Source of the DNA: Macrostomum hystrix
Lineage: Eukaryota; Animalia; Platyhelminthes
DNA: 64,000 bases
Direction: 5' to 3'
NCBI GenBank assembly: GCA_950097015.1
Contig: CATNEN010000039.1
Coordinates: 6,572,001 to 6,636,000, forward strand
This document shows, in pieces, positions 63,081 through 64,000 of this stretch. Each line of letters begins with the position of its first letter. The first letter of the stretch is position 1. Made by a program: the position numbers and the translations under genes. A model generated the notes under the pieces. The model worked only from the letters and a program-made list of their open reading frames with translations. It did not search any database and was not told the origin of the DNA.

Positions 63081-63895
63081 ACTGCCCTGTCTCTACCACA
63101 CTGCCCTGTCTCTACCACATTGCCCTGTCTCTACCACACTGCCCTGTCTCTACCACATTGCCCTGTCTCTACCACACTGCCCTGTCTCTACCACACTGCC
63201 CTGTCTCTACCACATTGCCCTGTCTCTACCACACTGCCCTGTCTCTACCACACTGCCCTGTCTCTACCACACTGCCCTGTCTCTACCACACTGCCCTGTC
63301 TCTACCACATTGCCCTGTCTCTACCACACTGCCCTGTCTCTACCACATTGCCCTGTCTCTACCACACTGCCCTGTCTCTACCACATTGCCCTGTCTCTAC
63401 CACACTGCCCTGTCTCTACCACACTGCCCTGTCTCTACCACACTGCCCTGTCTCTACCACACTGCCCTGTCTCTACCACACTGCCCTGTCTCTACCACAC
63501 TGCCCTGTCTCTACCACACTGCCCTGTCTCTACCACACTGCCCTGTCTCTACCACACTGCCCTGTCTCTACCACACTGCCCTGTCTCTACCACACTGCCC
63601 TGTCTCTACCACACTGCCCTGTCTCTACCACACTGCCCTGTCTCTACCACACTGCCCTGTCTCTACCACATTGCCCCGTCTCTACCACACTGCCCTGCCT
63701 CTACCACACTGCCCTGTCTCTACCACACTGCCCTGCCTCTACCACACTGCCCTGTCTCTACCACACTGCCCTGTCTCTACCACACTGCCCTGTCTCTACC
63801 ACACTGCCCTGTCTCTACCACACTGCCCTGTCTCTACCACACTGCCCTGTCTCTACCACATTGCCCTGTCTCTACCACACTGCCCTGCCTCTACT
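63081..63895. repeat. 19-bp minisatellite (ACTGCCCTGTCTCTACCAC), about 43 copies
   Basis: Direct periodicity. Confidence 0.97.
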
Positions 63896-63934
63896 CTACC
63901 AATAACTGCAATTTCTCTACTCAGACTGATGCGT

Positions 63935-64000
63935 CTCAGCCCGGCTCAGCTCAGCAGCCGCCCGGCGCAGCTCAGCAGCCGCCCACCGCAGCTCAGCAGC
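63935..64000. repeat. Start of a GC-rich ~21-bp tandem repeat (GCTCAGCAGCCGCCCGGCGCA), runs off the right edge
   Basis: GCTCAGCAGC recurs three times at about 21-bp spacing. Confidence 0.6.

Noticed and set aside
34594-63905. Numerous ORFs in the satellites (GDHCQL, NWGIIV, MCHFCVIH, SEAVNV and LPHCPVST repeats)
   Set aside because: They are by-products of stop-free repeat monomers, open in several frames and strands, with no splice or domain support.

Overview
Repeat-rich animal (invertebrate) genomic DNA with spliceosomal introns. The gene and repeat style suggests a flatworm such as Macrostomum, but that is inference. No prokaryotic, CRISPR, rRNA or bona fide tRNA features are present. 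The left third holds minisatellites, two convergent paralogous class A GPCR genes with tRNA-derived SINE-like insertions in their introns, a two-exon RING-finger/coiled-coil gene, and a 5'-truncated LOA-type non-LTR retrotransposon (13948-19192; 12-bp TSD; APE-RT-RNaseH-CCHC with one frameshift). From 19726 comes the main structure: three different but related Helitrons joined precisely head-to-tail at CTAG|TC junctions (33557/33558 and 35307/35308). Helitron 1 (13.8 kb) carries an apparently intact 11-exon STPR-OTU-Rep(HUH)-Pif1 gene (1763 aa by my splice model), an apparently identical 1660-bp internal duplication, and a Penelope fragment with a minimal hammerhead ribozyme. Helitron 2 (1.75 kb) is non-autonomous. 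Helitron 3 carries about 17 kb of 23-bp and 18-bp satellite whose seeds are visible in Helitrons 1 and 2. The window ends with a 116-bp satellite in ~2-kb higher-order units and a 19-bp minisatellite. A TSD-flanked SINE in a GPCR intron shares a 3' motif with the neighbouring LINE, giving a candidate SINE-LINE pair. All coordinates and alignments were read by eye.
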